Below are positions 63,947-64,000 of a stretch of DNA of 64,000 nt, piece after piece. Below the pieces are notes generated by a model. The model saw only the letters and a list, made by a program, of their open reading frames with translations. It searched no databases and had not been told where the DNA came from. A program made the position numbers and the translations under genes. Numbering within the stretch: the first letter of the stretch is position 1; each line of letters opens with the position of its first letter. Source of the DNA: Candidatus Saccharimonadales bacterium (GTDB taxonomy: Bacteria > Patescibacteriota > Saccharimonadia > Saccharimonadales > 2-12-FULL-41-12); contig JANWLD010000003.1 of NCBI GenBank assembly GCA_025451045.1, positions 69,690-133,689 of the forward strand. The letters run 5' to 3'.

Positions 63947-64000
63947 GAGCGTGTTGCCCAGCCCTAAGGTATAAAAAGGCGCGGATGATTCAATTACCGG

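Noticed and set aside
1-64000. tRNA, rRNA, transposase, integrase or prophage genes.
   Set aside because: No T-arm/GTTCGA-type tRNA signatures, rRNA-like segments, DDE/tyrosine/serine recombinase motifs or phage structural genes were recognised on either strand. This was a by-eye scan only, so tRNAscan-SE/Infernal should confirm it.

Overview
This 64-kb chromosomal window comes from a small-genome bacterium. Many short lineage-specific ORFs, a reduced dcw cluster and A-rich leaders suggest a Patescibacteria/CPR-like (possibly Saccharimonadia-like) organism, but that is inference only. The genetic code is standard: RF2 is present and TGA is used as a stop. The housekeeping backbone is prfB, ftsE-ftsX-CHAP hydrolase-Ctp protease, pyrG, rpmA, xseA/xseB, recO, glyQS, pyrB, a GH1 glycosidase, a dcw block (mraZ-rsmH-ftsL-ftsI-mraY-ftsW-murG-ftsQ), topA, dprA and pth. 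The standout region is 14.1-26.1 kb. It is a type I R-M operon whose hsdM, hsdS and hsdR genes are separated by five AT-rich, mostly start/stop-overlapping defence-type genes: a TIR-like protein, a Swt1-type HEPN protein, a DUF4263/Shedu-like nuclease, an Abi/UG-type reverse transcriptase and a TIGR02391-type HEPN protein. The RT+HEPN pair and the TIR-like+HEPN pair are the best candidates for undescribed defence modules. I recognised no tRNA, rRNA, CRISPR array, transposase or integrase. The noncoding DNA is unusually rich. (i) A roughly 375-nt promoter-to-terminator structured RNA at 62.1-62.5 kb fits no class I know. (ii) Three families of repeated structured intergenic elements (X, Y, Z) show compensatory stem changes, and inverted Y copies bracket the accessory segment 12.2-27.8 kb. 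(iii) A 594-bp noncoding block bounded by 17-bp direct repeats sits where ftsA/ftsZ would be expected. There is also a catalytically degenerate histidine-kinase/receiver pair. All domain calls rest on motifs read by eye; no searches were run.
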